Positions 13,696-28,182 of a stretch of DNA of 64,000 bases are shown here, piece by piece (position 1 is the stretch's first letter; every line of letters begins with the position of its first letter). The notes beneath the pieces are model-generated. The model saw only the letters and a program-made list of their open reading frames with translations. It ran no database searches and was not told where the DNA came from. Source of the stretch: Tubiluchus corallicola (Eukaryota; Animalia; Priapulida); the NCBI GenBank assembly GCA_030141605.1, contig JAQGDQ010000195.1:124001-188000 (forward strand), given 5' to 3'. Both the position numbers and the translations under genes were made by a program.

Positions 13696-14629
13696 TATTA
13701 CATATAAATATCATACTTGCTACCCATTGAGAAATAAATATTCTTATCTTATCTTAAGCAGTTTATGCAACATGCTTAAAATGAAACAATCGAATACTTT
13801 CCTATTGTTTTAGTCTGATTTTCTACTGGCGGTGTTAGGTAAACTTAGGTATACGTTGCGACTTCTTTGTCTTAAGTTAATATCGTAAGTAAATACAACA
13901 TACAACGTACAACTTAAGCAGCCAATCAGCTAAAACAATCTAATTGTAATTCTTTTCTAATACTTTTTTTTACGATTTCTTATACAGCAAGTGATCCGTT
14001 TTGTTTCTCTTTTTTTTGTTTCGGCTTTTCACGCAAATTTGGAGAAAAGACAAGAGTTTTTCAGCTTACCAATTGCCAACGTCCGAGCAAAATGACCAGT
14101 GTCCTAACGAAATGAAGCCTTGACGACGATGCACTTTATCCTGTCATTAGTGGTTTCTTCTCAACTTGGCTTCTTCTGGCTTCTTTCAGTCGGTCTTCCA
14201 GAGGAGAAGCGAGGGTAGCAAGAGGGGTTAAAGTATCGCTCCCGCGTGTGCGCAATTTGTATTATTGCATTTTACTCGCCGCGCGGACAACGTTAGAAAC
14301 GTCCGCTGATTGACGTCATAGCTGCGCATGCGTGTTACAAATCTACTTGCACACTGATGGTCAATATAATTGCTGTAAATGACAGTTGCTAAGTTTGAAA
14401 AGCGCATTTATGACCTGCGTGGGCTTCCATACACAATGGCTAAGCCGGTGTAACAGGCTGGAGTATACGCTATGCCCAGAGATTACCCGGGGTATTCCAG
14501 GAAAGGCTGTTTTATACCCGGGGTACTGTTTGGGCCCTCCTTTTCCAAATCAAAGAGCTTATTATTTTTACTTATTTTATTATTATTATCTTACTTTTAT
14601 TATTTTTTATCATTTTTGCTAATAAAGTG

Positions 14630-15180
14630 AAACCCACATAACGTATCACATTGCATTCATTAGAATGAGACTCCAGTCTCTTAGATTGAAAATTGGGGCA
14701 GGTAGATGGAGTCACCAACCGGTGCAAGACAGACTGTGTGATTGTGGTGTTGTCCAAACTGAAGAGCATGTTTTAACCACTTGCCCTGAAACGGAAAATT
14801 TTAGAAATGAGTTCACGAGGGTAATTTTTTCTAAAATTGTCGATGTATTTGAAAATGAATACATATTTAAAATTTGTTATGATGTATTGAAGTTGTTTAC
14901 AGATTGAGTAATGTTATTTTGAGTCTAGGCCACTGTCTTTTGTCAAGCAAAAAGTTAAGTTTCATAAAGTTCTACCAATACATGATTAGAGAGTATTCAC
15001 AGACTTGTTATCAAGACAGTAATATATATATAGCACATTACATTTATTTTATCTTTGTTGTTCTCGATGTGTGATTTTTGTAACGTCTTTTATACAAGGT
15101 ATATAAGGTACGCAATATTATGGTGTATTTGTCTCGAATTATGTAAAATTATAGTTAAAGTTAATAAACTAACTAACTAT
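14630..15180 (+). mobile_element. LINE 3' fragment (CCHC zinc-knuckle tail)
   Basis: ORF 14665-14907: L.I..GRW......RLC.CG.VQTEEHVL..CP.T...R, the typical non-LTR RT C-terminus; AATAAA then (ACTA)n tail near 15165. Confidence 0.8.
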
Positions 15181-15844
15181 CAAATGTAATTCCAGGAGTG
15201 TAAGCACAAAATAATTTAACATCTGTATCAATGAAAGACTGTTTTATTCAGTACCAAGCAACTAAAAGCTTACCTACATGATTATTAACATAAATGTACA
15301 TTCATTGGTAGTTACAAAAATGATTTTCCATGTTACCATTATAAAGATACAATGATCTGTCTGTATATGAAGTGGATGTTACACAGTATCTCATACAGTC
15401 ATGGTAACTGTCTATATTAATAGTAGGCCTATTTGCAAGTTAAAACAAAAAAATGTGTTTTTATAGGCCTAAATTTCTTCTAAGTTTGTAATCCATTTAA
15501 TTTGCTCAGTAGAAACAAATGAACATTCACAGAACATTAAAACAACGTTGAAATACTCAGAAAGATTTGTGAGGTACAAAGCATGTTCCGAAGTCAAACT
15601 TAATTGAAGACTTGCTGGATATGTCAAGCATTCATTGGATTGTCCACATTTATTATATACACTACAATGCCACATGCCCAAGAGTATAAATTAGGCTTGA
15701 CCAAATTACACCCTGGGGTTTATTCTGGACTAGGCTAAACTGTGCCAGGTATAATCTGGGTTTTTACACTGAAACCATTGCACCAATGGTGATTTTGACG
15801 AGGATTCAGCTGTGGCACAGAAACAAAGGACACATTGTGCAGCT

Positions 15845-16415
15845 TAAAGGAAAGAACAAGTCACTCACTATGTTGGGTTTATTATACTATTACCACTTAA
15901 ACTTAGAAAAGTATAACAAAGAAATTTGCAAAGAACTACCTATAAAGCGTAAATTTGAAATATACTACCTCTAAATAGAAATTTTCATGCGTTGTAGTAG
16001 CCGTCATTCACTTGAAAATCATTACGTAACTGGGCGACTTCGTGACTTTTCGTAAGCGCATCGTGGCTCTCCGTAAGCGCGCGCTGCTTAAACTAATTCA
16101 AACTTCAGCAGCTTATCTAATGTTCACGCAGCAATATTACAAAATTAGCTACCTATTTTTTTGTAAGAACTTATTATACTTTTGATGAAGATTGAGAGTG
16201 CGCTTCTTTTCTTCAAGACGAATGACGTCATTGGAAGAAGAATGAGCTTTCAAAATGGAAGCGCCCAAGAATGAACCATGAAGTGATCGCGACTTTAAAG
16301 TGATTTTACTAATTAAACGAAGCGCTTACTGCAGTTTTATTACTAAATCCTTTGAACATTTTTCGTGAACATTGAAATAAGATTAACTTCCCAGAAAGAG
16401 AAACTTGCCCTTGAT
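15845..16415. mobile_element. TTAA-flanked non-autonomous DNA element, family 2, copy 1
   Basis: Begins ttaaagga; ~400 bp homologous to 20480-20864 (cattcactt..aaaatca..acgtaactgg, tgatcgcgactttaaa); fragment also near 8290. Confidence 0.6.
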
Positions 16416-17084
16416 CAATTGGATGCTATACATTTCTACAATCGTTCAAAACACGACTAAAGCACAAAATATCCTTTGCATACATACAGCTTAAAATATT
16501 CGTGTTGTAATTTTGTATCACTTGTATGCTGCCTTATTACACACAGAGCTTCCGTCAGCCGTAACGCTTTATAAAACTTGTTCATTTAAACGTCTCCGAT
16601 GACCGTTAGGCGCAGTTATTTTGACGGTAAGTTATTTGAAACAAGTTTAGATAACATTGCGTGAAATTGATTAGTGACGGGGAAAACAAATTTTTGAAAT
16701 GAAAATAACAGTCAGCATCTACTTAATAAACGACACGGCTTTTATTCAGACACAAACATCTGCAACGTTTCGATATAGTAATGTCATTTTCACACACAAT
16801 CGCCTAAAATAATTTAGTGTAAATAAAATAATACAGTGTAACAAATATATATATATAAAAATCAACAAGTGAGAAAAAACAAGACAAAATTCTAAATAGT
16901 AAAGCTTGTCACAGTGTTGATTTTTGTACACACTCTTGACACTGCTTAAAGTTTGTAAAAAATAATCAGTGCATGAGTTATTCGTAACACAGACTTCAAT
17001 AAGCAAAAGTGTAAATCTTCTCAGTAAGATCAATAATGTGTTTTGTTGGAATGAATTGGATTTAACTGCACTAGGGTCGATTTA

Positions 17085-17340
17085 ACCAGACCGGATCAGA
17101 CTAAACCAGACCAGACCAGAAAAGAATAGACCAGACTAAACCAAACCAGAACAGAACAGAATGAAACAGAACAGAAAGGAATGGAACGGAACGGAACCGA
17201 ACGGAACGAGACGAAATGGAAGAGAACAGGATAAAACAGAACAAAACAAAATGGGTTAGACAGGACAGGGCAAGACAAGAACAGGATAGGAGAGGACGGA
17301 TAGGACAAGCAGCACAGGATAGGACGGGACAGAATAAGTC
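17085..17340. repeat. Compound pentanucleotide microsatellite (ACCAG/ACAGA/ACGGA/ACAGG variants)
   Basis: 5-bp periodicity visible throughout. Confidence 0.9.
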
Positions 17341-18568
17341 AAAGCACGCCAGACCAGAGGCTGGTATTGACTGGTCTTTGATTCTGGCGCATGGGAAACA
17401 GTCTCATTGATTACAATGTCTCCTAATGTTTGGTAAACTGACACCCGCGCCTCGTCTATTTATGATGTGTCACATATTGATTTGTATATTACTTTCTTAT
17501 GCACTCTAGTAGACATGCTGTATTTAAATGCACGTGCAAATACTTCCGTGATATAAATTATTGTTTATATAATATATTAATCCAATTGCTTTCATATCAG
17601 CAAGTTTGATCGATCGATCAAAGACTGGCCAGAAGACACACAGAAACGTCTTTACGTCTAAATTTTTGTCGTGCATAGAACAGTGAAACAATTGTAAATG
17701 TAATGATTTAACATTAACATGTCATTTTAATAAATATTTTCTCACTCACTCACCAATACAAGCTCTGTATCCAATAAGACAGTGTGTGAAAGATATAAAA
17801 TTTCAAAACGATTTTTTTTTATTTACTTATGAAGAGTGATTTCTTATCCTTTAACTTCAATTGTTACATCATCTAGATGCTCGGAATTTACAAGAAATTC
17901 TAGACATATAAAAAACCACGAACAGGCCTGTCTGTGATGACCTGAAATTTGAATTACTTTCATAAACGACAACAGAGCCTACTGATTTCTGCACCTTGGT
18001 ATTACTGTCTGCGATCAATGAACTTATTATTACACAGACAATACTTCATTAAATGTCCTAATGCAGAATCTCTGTCCTACCTATAACCCTATAACTGACT
18101 TAACTCTCTAGCATCTACAGTAAAACGAACTTACAAGGAGAAACATTGCCACAAAGTAGATGGACACACATTTTCAATTGTGTAGCAAAACGATTATTTT
18201 AAAAACTAGTTAAGGAACAGCTTATTGTACTAAAAATGTATTAAAAGAAAGGAATTTTAGTTTGACGATCAAAAACAACAGTAAAAAGTAACATTGGTTT
18301 ATGCTGTAGAACATCATGATTCAGTGAATTTAAGTTGTAGTTGTGATAAGTTGTTAATGCTAGATATGTTAATAGAAAAATTAAGTTTATTTTCACAAGT
18401 ACATCGAGCGTTGATTCAGGCAACAAATTGGTGAAAATAGATTCAATTTATTAGAGGAAATGTTAATGTTTTAAACAATTGATTAACTTACTGTTTATTA
18501 AGTAGCAGTAAAGCTAGGTCATGATGTTCTACGACGACAAAGTAATGTCCTCGCTCGAATCAGTAATA

Positions 18569-19125
18569 TTAAAGAAAAAACATGACTCAATCTTAAATTA
18601 TAGCTCAAAGTAGTTTACCCTAAAAAACCGTTTAAAGGGAACATGTTATTTATTTAAGATTTATAGTTCTTCGTTGGCACATGCATTTCGCCATTTGCTA
18701 GTTAGATGGGCAGTAGCGCCTGCATCTCGGAAAAGAGTTGCGCAAAAAACACAGGCAGTGTACTTCTCACTTTAGAATTGTTCATTTCAGACATTTTGCA
18801 CATGTTCGAGAGCTCGCGCATTTGATTAGAAAACTAGTTAAACTTACAATTTGCAGAATTTTTATGTATCATACTGAATATAGTAGCACTGTGCTTCAAT
18901 TTGCACTTTCCCAAACACGCGCGACACGTTCGAGGAGCATTAGTGCTGTTGAAAATCAGGTTCAGTTGTGATGTCATCATTAGTTAGGCTCACCATCCTG
19001 TGATCAAATTTTAAACTTGTGGCTTAAGTATCAGAAAAACTTTGGCATTATAGATGGTAATATGAATAATTTTTACTATATTTCAAAATGGGGTAGGATA
19101 TGAAAAATCATCTTATTTGCTTTAT
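18569..19125. mobile_element. Kolobok-like non-autonomous element, family 1 copy
   Basis: ttaaag start; shared core (gctagttagatggg, tgcatctcggaaa, acacgcgcgacacg) and end aaatggggtag..tgaaaaatcatc. Confidence 0.7.
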
Positions 19126-20399
19126 TTATTCACTAAACGTACTTGTACTGTACTAAAACGACGCTAAAAAAATGTTTCTTCATTTCGTAACTTGCATAAG
19201 TTTTCAATATTTTAACTCCGCAAGTTTACGAAGTTTTATCTCCGCGCGAGTCTAAAGGCATTTCAAATTTAAGCTTTTGGAGGAAGAGGTTTGCAAGAAA
19301 TTACGTTTAAAAGGAGAGAGTTTGTGCTTTTAAGCATCCAAAGACCGATTTCGTCAAAAATAGCACCAAAATAAAGTTGTTTTACTATAAGCTAATGTGA
19401 ATTAAGTTAATCTCTCTGTTATGCTGCTAGAGGATGTGATGTATTATCCTTGGCAAGCTAATAAGGCACAATGCTGTTTTATATAGGTTTTATTGTAGCA
19501 ACTAGTTTTCTATTAGCTCGTTGCATACGCTATTACTGCATATGAGCGTCCGTAGAGTCCCTGCGGCACTTTAGACGCAGAAAAGAACTGGGCCAATTAT
19601 AACTCCTTGAGGTACACCTTAAGATACAGTAGCCATGAAGAAGCGCCGCATCGTTAAGAGCAGGAAGGAAATATCTTTCAAAAACTAACATTATCTACAA
19701 ATAACGAAAGCCCTAAACAAGAAATATAGTACAATCTCAAATACTTGGTGACCTAAAGCACAAATCCACTGTGCAGCTAAAAATAACCTGCTACACAAAT
19801 AACTTCGGTTAATGCTGTTTAACTTCAATTTGTAAACGGCACTTTAAGCATGTTTTTGTTGCAATCAACAAAAATAAGCGTACTACACGTAGGTAGTTTT
19901 GACAGCCTCGCAACCTCGGATGTATCAATGGCTGCAAAAATTAATTTAGCTCGAAAATTAGGTTACTCTTAAAATGCAGCTATAGTCAGAACTATAAAGT
20001 TAGTGAAAAACGTTCTCATCACGCACAGCTCAAGCAAAGAAATGCGGATGACGTAGGTTACAATTTTGTGGTCATTTGTAACATATCTTGCAAGAAATCC
20101 TGTTTTAATTTGGCGAATTTTTGCAACCTACACGAACACTGGATGAACTTTTCAGTGCATCCTCCCTACAGATACCCACAGATTCCTTCAAGCACGATTG
20201 CGCATGCGCAAATCACGATCAAGTGTGCCAGTTTGATTTTGTATTTTGCATAATCTTATCGCGATTTAAGCAATACTTCTACTCAAACTAATTTGCATAA
20301 AGTTCTAAACGCACAGCATTAAGGTTAGTTAAGTCACTTAGCGCGTTTTGTTTATCTTACTGTTATCGCTTAAACATACAAAAATATAAGAAAGAAATT

Positions 20400-20864
20400 T
20401 GTGCATACACTGTCAATAAAGCATAAAATTAATTTATACTACCACTGTATAAAAATCTTCAGGTCAGGAGGTAACTTGCATTCACTTAAAAATCACGACG
20501 TAACTGGTGGACTTCGAGATTTTTCGTAAGTGCATCGTGGCTTTTCGTAACCGTGGGCAGCGCATACTAATTCAAAGTTTTATAGCTTACCTGATGTTCA
20601 TCCAAAAAAGTCACAAAATTAGCTATATGATTTTTAGTAAAAACTTATAATACTTTTAATGGAAATTGATAGTATGCGACTCTTCTTCAATCCGAAGAAT
20701 GGGTGTTCAAAATGGGAGCGTAGAAGCGTGAAATGATCGCGACTTTAAAATTATTTTATTAATTACACGAGGCGCTTATCACACTTTTATTAGTAAATCC
20801 TTCTAACATTTTTCGCAAAAATTTAAATCAGGCTAACTTTGCAGAAGGCTTGGCCCTTCCTTTA
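20400..20864. mobile_element. TTAA-flanked non-autonomous DNA element, family 2, copy 2
   Basis: Direct-orientation homologue of 16005-16410; ends ttcctttaa. Confidence 0.6.
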
Positions 20865-21149
20865 ATACCGTTTGCCTCGTGCTATTATAACTAGTGAGCT
20901 TCTGCGATATTATTGTCAGAACAACATTGAATCAACACACGATTATAATCGAACGTGCCATAGCCTTTCAGTACATCTCAATACATTTGATATCTACCTT
21001 GGCGTAATTGTGAGCAAATTTCCCACTAAACAGTATTAAATAAACGCTCCACAATTACTGTTCATCAACTTGAAAGTGTTGCCGCCGCACTGGATTCAAA
21101 GTAACCTTCCAATTATGGGAAACGCTAATTAACACCTTCCCGTAAACTT

Positions 21150-21690
21150 AAACGTGTAAAAGAAGACCTGATCAAAGTGAAAGAAGTGTAACAGTGGAAG
21201 CTTCAACATGGAAAATGTCAAAGTTTTTACAGAACAATCTATTTTTGAAGGAAAGAAAATTAATTTGAAATTTTGGGAAAAATATATCATGCATTTTATT
21301 GATGTAGTGGCAGTTAATTCTTGGATCCAGTATCGATGGGACGAGAAAAAAACTGATGAAAACGTAAAGAAGGATAAACTGCAGTTCTTAAATTTTAAAA
21401 TGCAGTTAGCTGAAGAGCTTCTTATTACAAACAACAGCAGCAGCGGCACGGAGAGCGATGAGAACACTACGGACGTGAAAAAACGTGTCCCGCCACCCAC
21501 TGAACGCTTCAAGAAAGTTTAATCGCAGCATTTACCCCGTGCAGTCGACATGAAGAATTCGGCGAGGTGTAGACAGAAAAACTGTACACGGAAGACCAGA
21601 ATAATGTGTGTCAAATGCGGCTTATTTTTCTGCGTGCAACCTGATCCGCGGAATTGTTTTGAAAATTTCCACAAAAATAAACTCAACTGA
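21150..21690 (+). pseudogene. piggyBac transposase C-terminal remnant
   Basis: KFWEKYIMHFIDVVAVNSWIQY...FLNFKMQLAEELL, then after an internal stop (21520-22) HLP...RCRQKNCTRKTRIMCVKCGLFFC...NCFENFH, the piggyBac Cys-rich domain. Confidence 0.88.
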
Positions 21691-21944
21691 ATAAAGTTGA
21701 GTTTCAGTTTTCTGTTCTATTTGTGACCCAGTGACCCCCCCAGAAGGACAGTAACGCCACTGCTGTGCATTCTGAATCGAAAAATACTGTATGTGTCCAG
21801 TTTTGTATCTAATCATTGTAAATTTGTTTGAGACTTCATCTATTGATACATAGTTTTTTAAAAAGTGAATACTTCCGCCTTGTTGAATTAGCGACCCAGT
21901 GTACCCCAAGGAGGACAACGAGACCCCCCTCTTCCCGACAGGAT

Positions 21945-22430
21945 TTTCGAAAATGATCAGTTGGATTATGGTTATCAGTCTAACAATATCCTCTGTTATG
22001 AAATTGATCGATTTATAACGATCAGCAAACTCCAGGATCAGGGCATATGGCAATACTGCGAAACAGGTTTGGCAGGTGAATGGCTTCAAGACAATTGAAT
22101 CGTGCGTCCTTCGGCATGATTCTGTTCATCTCTTTATGTCAGGAATTCCTAATCTCTGTAACGGACCAACTGCTTCTGTCTCTACGGATCACTGCTCAAG
22201 TATTTATATCTTTCAGTGCAAAATCTAAATATGTTAACATCATTCTGTCATCATACTGTTTTTCTAGCTTTTTATTGCTTGTTGAAGAGCACTCTTCACT
22301 AGACTGTCAAGTAGTCTAAGCATACGCCCATCCATCTTAAGCGGGTTTGAGCGCGCCTTTTTATTCTTTTTGTCCAAGGTTCCTCTTTTATTTTTTCATA
22401 CAAATCTTTATTTGAATTTCCTTCGGCCAT
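21945..22430 (-). pseudogene. Probable piggyBac transposase N-terminal remnant, inverted relative to the C-terminal piece
   Basis: Minus-strand ATG at 22430 (MAEGNSNKDLYEK), broken frames, then FITEDIVRLI resembling the piggyBac N-terminal F..+I+..IV..TN motif. Confidence 0.4.
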
Positions 22431-22584
22431 CTGTTACCCAAAATGTTTCTGCAATTTCGCCATTGAAACGCGAAAGGCTCAGAAATATACAAAAATACAG
22501 TTTCAACTAAGACTGAGATTGTTCTAATTTTTATTTCTAAAGAAATCTTTCTGTTCGTAAAAACTTTTGTGAGTTTTGAATATG

Positions 22585-22835
22585 CTTCAAGACAAGGTTA
22601 GCACGTGACTTTATAATAGAGTTGCCAGGTGAGAAAGATCAAGACAGGGTTGCCCGATGAGTGAATTAAAGGCGGATAGCCAGCTAAGTGAATTAAAGAA
22701 AGTGATGCCAGATAAAAAAATTGGCTGTTAGGGCTGTTACTTGCCAAGAAAGTGAATTCAAGACAGGTTTGCCACGTGAACTTTTAAGACAAGGTTAGCC
22801 GGCGAATTAGACACTGAGTTGCCAGGTGAGATTTA
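22585..22835. repeat. Degenerate tandem repeat with (G)GTTGCCAG core
   Basis: About 8 recurrences of gttgccag/gtgaatta-like motifs at ~25-35 bp spacing. Confidence 0.6.
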
Positions 22836-23399
22836 AGGAAACCAAAGCTTTAAATTCCAAACTCCAAAGGGCTTCTGAATTCCCTTATTGCCACAGAGGT
22901 TTTAATTTGCCTCTTGTTTTTATATTTGCACCTTTTCGCCATTGCCTCGATATGTCTCCTATTTAATTCATCTGTTAATTATGACGAATTTTACACAAAT
23001 GTTCAAACGTAACAGAAATTTATTGAGACAGCTATCACTGATATGCAGCACTAATCTAAGTAAATTGTTGGAGTTTTCAACAAATTACGAGCAATTATTT
23101 CAAGTTCAATGCGACAATTCGTGGAGTGAAACGTGCGTATCGTCTAGCGCAATTATACTTTTAATAGCTGCCTGCACGCAGGTGAACAAACCTGTTTAGC
23201 TAAAATTAATTGCTAATTACCAACGGTTGTTAATTACCCGTTCTGTCGCTAATTTAGCCGTGCAGTTTAATGCTAAAAAACCAATGCACACACCATAATA
23301 ATGGTTAATTTCTGCTCTCATATACAACTTATAACCACACAGTAATTTTTTATACACAATGATAGACACTGAGTGTACATGCAGTGCAACTGATCTACT

Positions 23400-23860
23400 T
23401 TATTCTCCTCTCCGCTCCTCTCCTCTTCTTTCATCTCGTCTTCTCTCTTCCCCTCTCTTCCCCTTCCCCTTCACTTCACCCACTCTATTCTACTCTATTC
23501 TACTTTACCTTAGCCTACTCTACTCTGCTCTGCTCTGCTCTGCCCTACCCTACCCTACCCTACCCTACCCTACCCTACCCTACCCTACCCTACCTTACTC
23601 CTCTACTCTACTCTACTCTACTCTACTCTACTCTACTCTACTCTACTCTACTCTACTCTACTCTACTCTACTCTACTCTACTCTACTCTACTCTACTCTA
23701 CTCTACTCTACTCTACTCTACTCTACTCTACTCTACTCTACTCTACTCTACTCTACTCTACTCTACTCTACTCTACTCTACTCTACTCTACTCTACTCTA
23801 CTCTACTCTACTCTACTCTACTCTACTCTACTCTACTCTACTCTACTCTCAACTCAACTC
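23400..23860. repeat. Compound pentanucleotide microsatellite, mainly (CTACC)n-(CTACT)n
   Basis: Directly visible. Confidence 0.98.
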
Positions 23861-23959
23861 ATCTCTTCATATCACACCTTAGCTCACCTTATCTCACCAC
23901 CTAAAATTTACTTTATTTTTGCAGCTGTATTCTTTTTGTTCTTCGCTCTCCCTGCCTCC

Positions 23960-23960
23960 C

Positions 23961-24028
<68 letters not shown>

Positions 24029-24034
24029 CCCCCA

Positions 24035-24101
<67 letters not shown>
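23960..24101. repeat. (CT)n microsatellite
   Basis: Directly visible. Confidence 0.98.
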
Positions 24102-24103
<2 letters not shown>

Positions 24104-25191
24104 GCCACATAGCATTTCTATACCCAATTTCTCCCGCTGCCACTTTAATCTCTTATAGGTTCTTTCTTTGATTTTCCCGGGAAGAAGCAAGCACTCCAAG
24201 TTCGATGAGCGAAGCCACCCCACCAAGTGTAAGAAGGATTTCTAGAGCTCACTTATCGCCGTCTAGAATTGAAAGGAAGCCAATTACACCATTGTGTACC
24301 CAGCCGTGCGTAGTAAACACACCAAACACGGAAATTCATGAGGATGTCTAAGATAGGATTGCACTGGATATTTGCACAATGTTAAAGGATATTGAACATG
24401 AAAAGGGCCACGTTTTGTCAAAGTCATTGTTCAACTTCTTTTTCTATCGATGGGCGTACTGGAAATGTGATACAGTTACAGAACGAGGCATCAAAGTGGA
24501 AAAATGAAAAATAAACGTTGTAATGTGTAATACGTTGAGTTTAATGATTATAAAAAATTATCAGCACATGCTAATAATTACGGCAAATTAACAACTTTAA
24601 TTAACAATTCGGGAATAATTAAAAATTTAAATTTTCAGTCCAACGGGTTTCGATTAGAAGAGCTAAAACTTCATTAAAAATTCAAAGTACACAGAACTTT
24701 CCACACACGAAACAGTTGATACGGAAATTTATGAAAACTAGTTTCTAAACTCTGTATCATGATGGAGGCGCAGTTCACTGTTTAATTCTTAGGGTTGATG
24801 TTTGAAAAACGGTCGTCACGAGTATCTCGATAGCAATAAACGTAGTCAGTCACACTATTCTATATTCAACAAATCTGTCACTGCAAAAGGATTACTGGGT
24901 TGAAGTTATCAGACCCAATTATTTTTTCTGTTTTCTTTTTTCATCATCATCATCATCATCATAGTTATGCCCATCACAACTTCTTCCTCTTTCCACCGAG
25001 AAGCAAGTGTGTACACCCGATGCCAAATCTCAGCTACGTCCTTCATTTTTCTGCCCTAATCACAATTTCTTATTTAATTCAAACATATTTTACTTTAGGT
25101 TTGGATCATTCAGTTTTTACAAACATGATTCGAAGTCATCGCCAGCATACATATTTACAAGAACAGTTCATACACAACGTACATCGTAAAG

Positions 25192-25598
25192 TAGGGGTAA
25201 ACATTCTCTTCCAGAAAGCGAATTCGAATCAAATCGAATTTGTGACTTTCGAATTCGAATCGGACCGAATTTTAGTATTTGGAAAACGAATCGAATTCCA
25301 ACTGAGACTGAACGGTTTTTGTACAAGTTTTCGAAACTCCGGTAACAACTGGTCTTACAAAGATCATGCATATTACTCGCTTTTGTTCTGCAATAAACCA
25401 CTAATAATTTGTTTAAAAATTGTGCACAGAAATCACAGCTAAATTATGCTAATTGCATGATGTTGCAAACGTTTTAATGATAAAGAACGTATGTGGTTGA
25501 AGTGCTGAATTATTCGAATTTATAATTTCAGGTTCGAATTGAATTCGAACTAAAAAAACTCGTTCGAATTCGATTCGAACGTTCGATGCTCACCCCTG
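25192..25598. mobile_element. hAT-type MITE with 8-bp target-site duplication
   Basis: TIRs taggggtaaacat / atgctcacccctg; flanks TCGTAAAG / TCATAAAG; multiple subterminal TTCGAA motifs. Confidence 0.85.
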
Positions 25599-28182
25599 TC
25601 ATAAAGATATGTACATTACAAGACATACAGTGTTTACACATGAACGAAATTAAAACAAAACAGTCAAGTTACATTTTAAGCCTACTAGTATTGCTCATTT
25701 ATAATATGTTAGCAACACCCAGTTTATATTCGTAAAAATAAAAGTACATTTTTTCTCATGCATGCATTTTTACTCAAAATTCTTGGTAATTTTTAACGAA
25801 AGCGTCTCAAATTATTTAATATAGTTTTGTACACATTCAAAAATTTTACAATTTAATTCGCTTCTCAACTGTTCATCTCCAGCAAGCAGCTACTTTGGCA
25901 GGTAATGTTTATCGTGGTTACGCAATTAAACAATGTCAATATTTGCAGGTAACATATTTGCATCAATTTATCAAACATCATTTTTCTAATGATAGGATAA
26001 TGTTGAACATTGTAACAAGGAATGTTCACTTGTCTGCAACGTTGAACCAAAGGCTCAATCAAGCATTACTAAGTAACTGTTAGCATTTCTGACGCCTTTA
26101 GTAAGCAAACCCTACCCTCATTCACCTTTCAGAATTCTAAGGCTAATCTAAATCTTCGTATCGCGTATTAGTTCAGTCACGTCAAAACCCCTTGCAGCTA
26201 GGGTTTGGGCTCCTAACTTTTTTATACATTTAGTGCATGATAATATTTTTTATGTAATAATAATGACACAATTACTTTGTAATAGATGTTGAAAAATTGT
26301 TTAACACAATTAAGTATATACTATGCTACACCGCTGTGTAACAGTATTAGACGATTTCAAAATTCTTGATGCTGTTTAGGCCGTTCCTTCGATTAGTAGG
26401 CCTACGACCTAAAATCCTTGGCGCTTACTTGACGCCATTTATTACACTGAGCCCTTAACGCCCCTTTTTCTAACTTTCCTTGATGTACTTGAGTTTGCTT
26501 GACGCTTTTTTACACGTTCAATGCGGTCTTGGCGTCCTTGATGTTGCTACCTGCGCTACTTCACAATGGTTCAGAATCCGGAAGTAGGATTCATGTTTTG
26601 ATATATGGATAAATAAAATAAAATGAATAAATAAATATCAAATAAAAAATAAATATCAAATATCAGATATTATGATCTTACTCAAATTTTGGCATATTCA
26701 GATAATTTCTCATGAAATAAATGGCAACAGTAACTCGCAATGCACGAATCATTGTAAGTGATCTTTCTCTACATAAAGCGTAACTTCCTACATTATTTGA
26801 CTTGGTATGGCTAAATTTCAGGCAAATCTCTGTAACGATGAACTGAATCGCTTAGTTGAAGAAACTAGCTTCTAGAAATATCACTAGCTTGATGTAGAAA
26901 AGTTTGCCAATCTATAAAAATCTATAATGACATTACGAAGAAAAACATGCACAACTTTGTTTTAGCGGCCCTAGCGGTAATCGAGAGAATGTTGAGTAAA
27001 GTGATGCGTTTCGCAAAAGATGGCGCCACCGACATATAAACCTTTGTTTAACAGAAATATAAGCTATTTGTATAGGCCATGTTAACATCAAGCTATTATG
27101 CAGGTAGCTGGTACTTTTGACAACATAATATCAGCGGGTTGCAGTTAAGAAAATGAGCGAATGTCGGCGCCCAGTTAATGGAAAAATAAGGAAGCTGTCA
27201 GTATAAGTTAATTAAGGCTATGTTATGCATCGTAATGCGGGTAACAGGTATTTTTGATGAATCAGAATATGCAGTTCAAAATATGAGCGAATATGGGGGC
27301 CCAGAGGTTGGAAATGAAAATTCCAAAGTCTATTTCAGCGCACCGCTCATGGTTTGAAGAAAATCTGCTAACTTCCCACACGCAGAGAAACACTAGCTAC
27401 AATTTTAATTTACAATACAATATAATGCTTTTTAATTTAATGAAACGTATGGATACCAAAAGCTCACAACAAATAGTATAGAATTCACTCCTTACTTTTG
27501 CGAAATGTTTTTCTGGTACAGTTTTTCATTGCGAATTTAAGTTGGTCTACAGTACCGCCACCGTATGATACAATCTGAAATTTTATTGTAATTTGGTTTA
27601 AGTGCATATTTATTAAACAGTCTGTGCACTTTTACCTTTGCAAAATGTAAAATGCACAATCCTTGATGCAGAAGGCGAGACAGCCTAGTTTAGAGTTGTC
27701 TGAATAGCAATTTAACGAACCCTGTTATATAAATATATGACTCAACAATTTACAAACAAATACAAACAATAAAATAGCGGGCAATTACGAAATTAGAATA
27801 GTAACAAACAAATACACCAATAACAAACAAACAAAATTGTAAAATCAAAATACTAAGCCAATAATAAGCAAACAGCGCCAATGTTGTAAATTATATTGTA
27901 CAAGCACATTTGTAGACAAAAACATTTTACTTGAATTTAAACCGTTTGCTATTTTGGTTAAAATCTGTTACACTTAGGAATAGTTTGCTATTAACATCCT
28001 CAGATCTTACAGCCATTTAGAATAAAGTTTACAGTAACCAGGTAACCAGTGGGTATTGAATCCAAAGGGGACTGCCTTATATGGTCATACTTATTTACCA
28101 ATAAATAATGGTGAGTGTCTTAATGAATGTCTGCATGAACAAGTCTTATTCTGCTCAATAAGATTAGTAACTAAATCAACTG

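Noticed and set aside
23359-24226. YSTLL / ERER ORFs
   Set aside because: Microsatellite translations.
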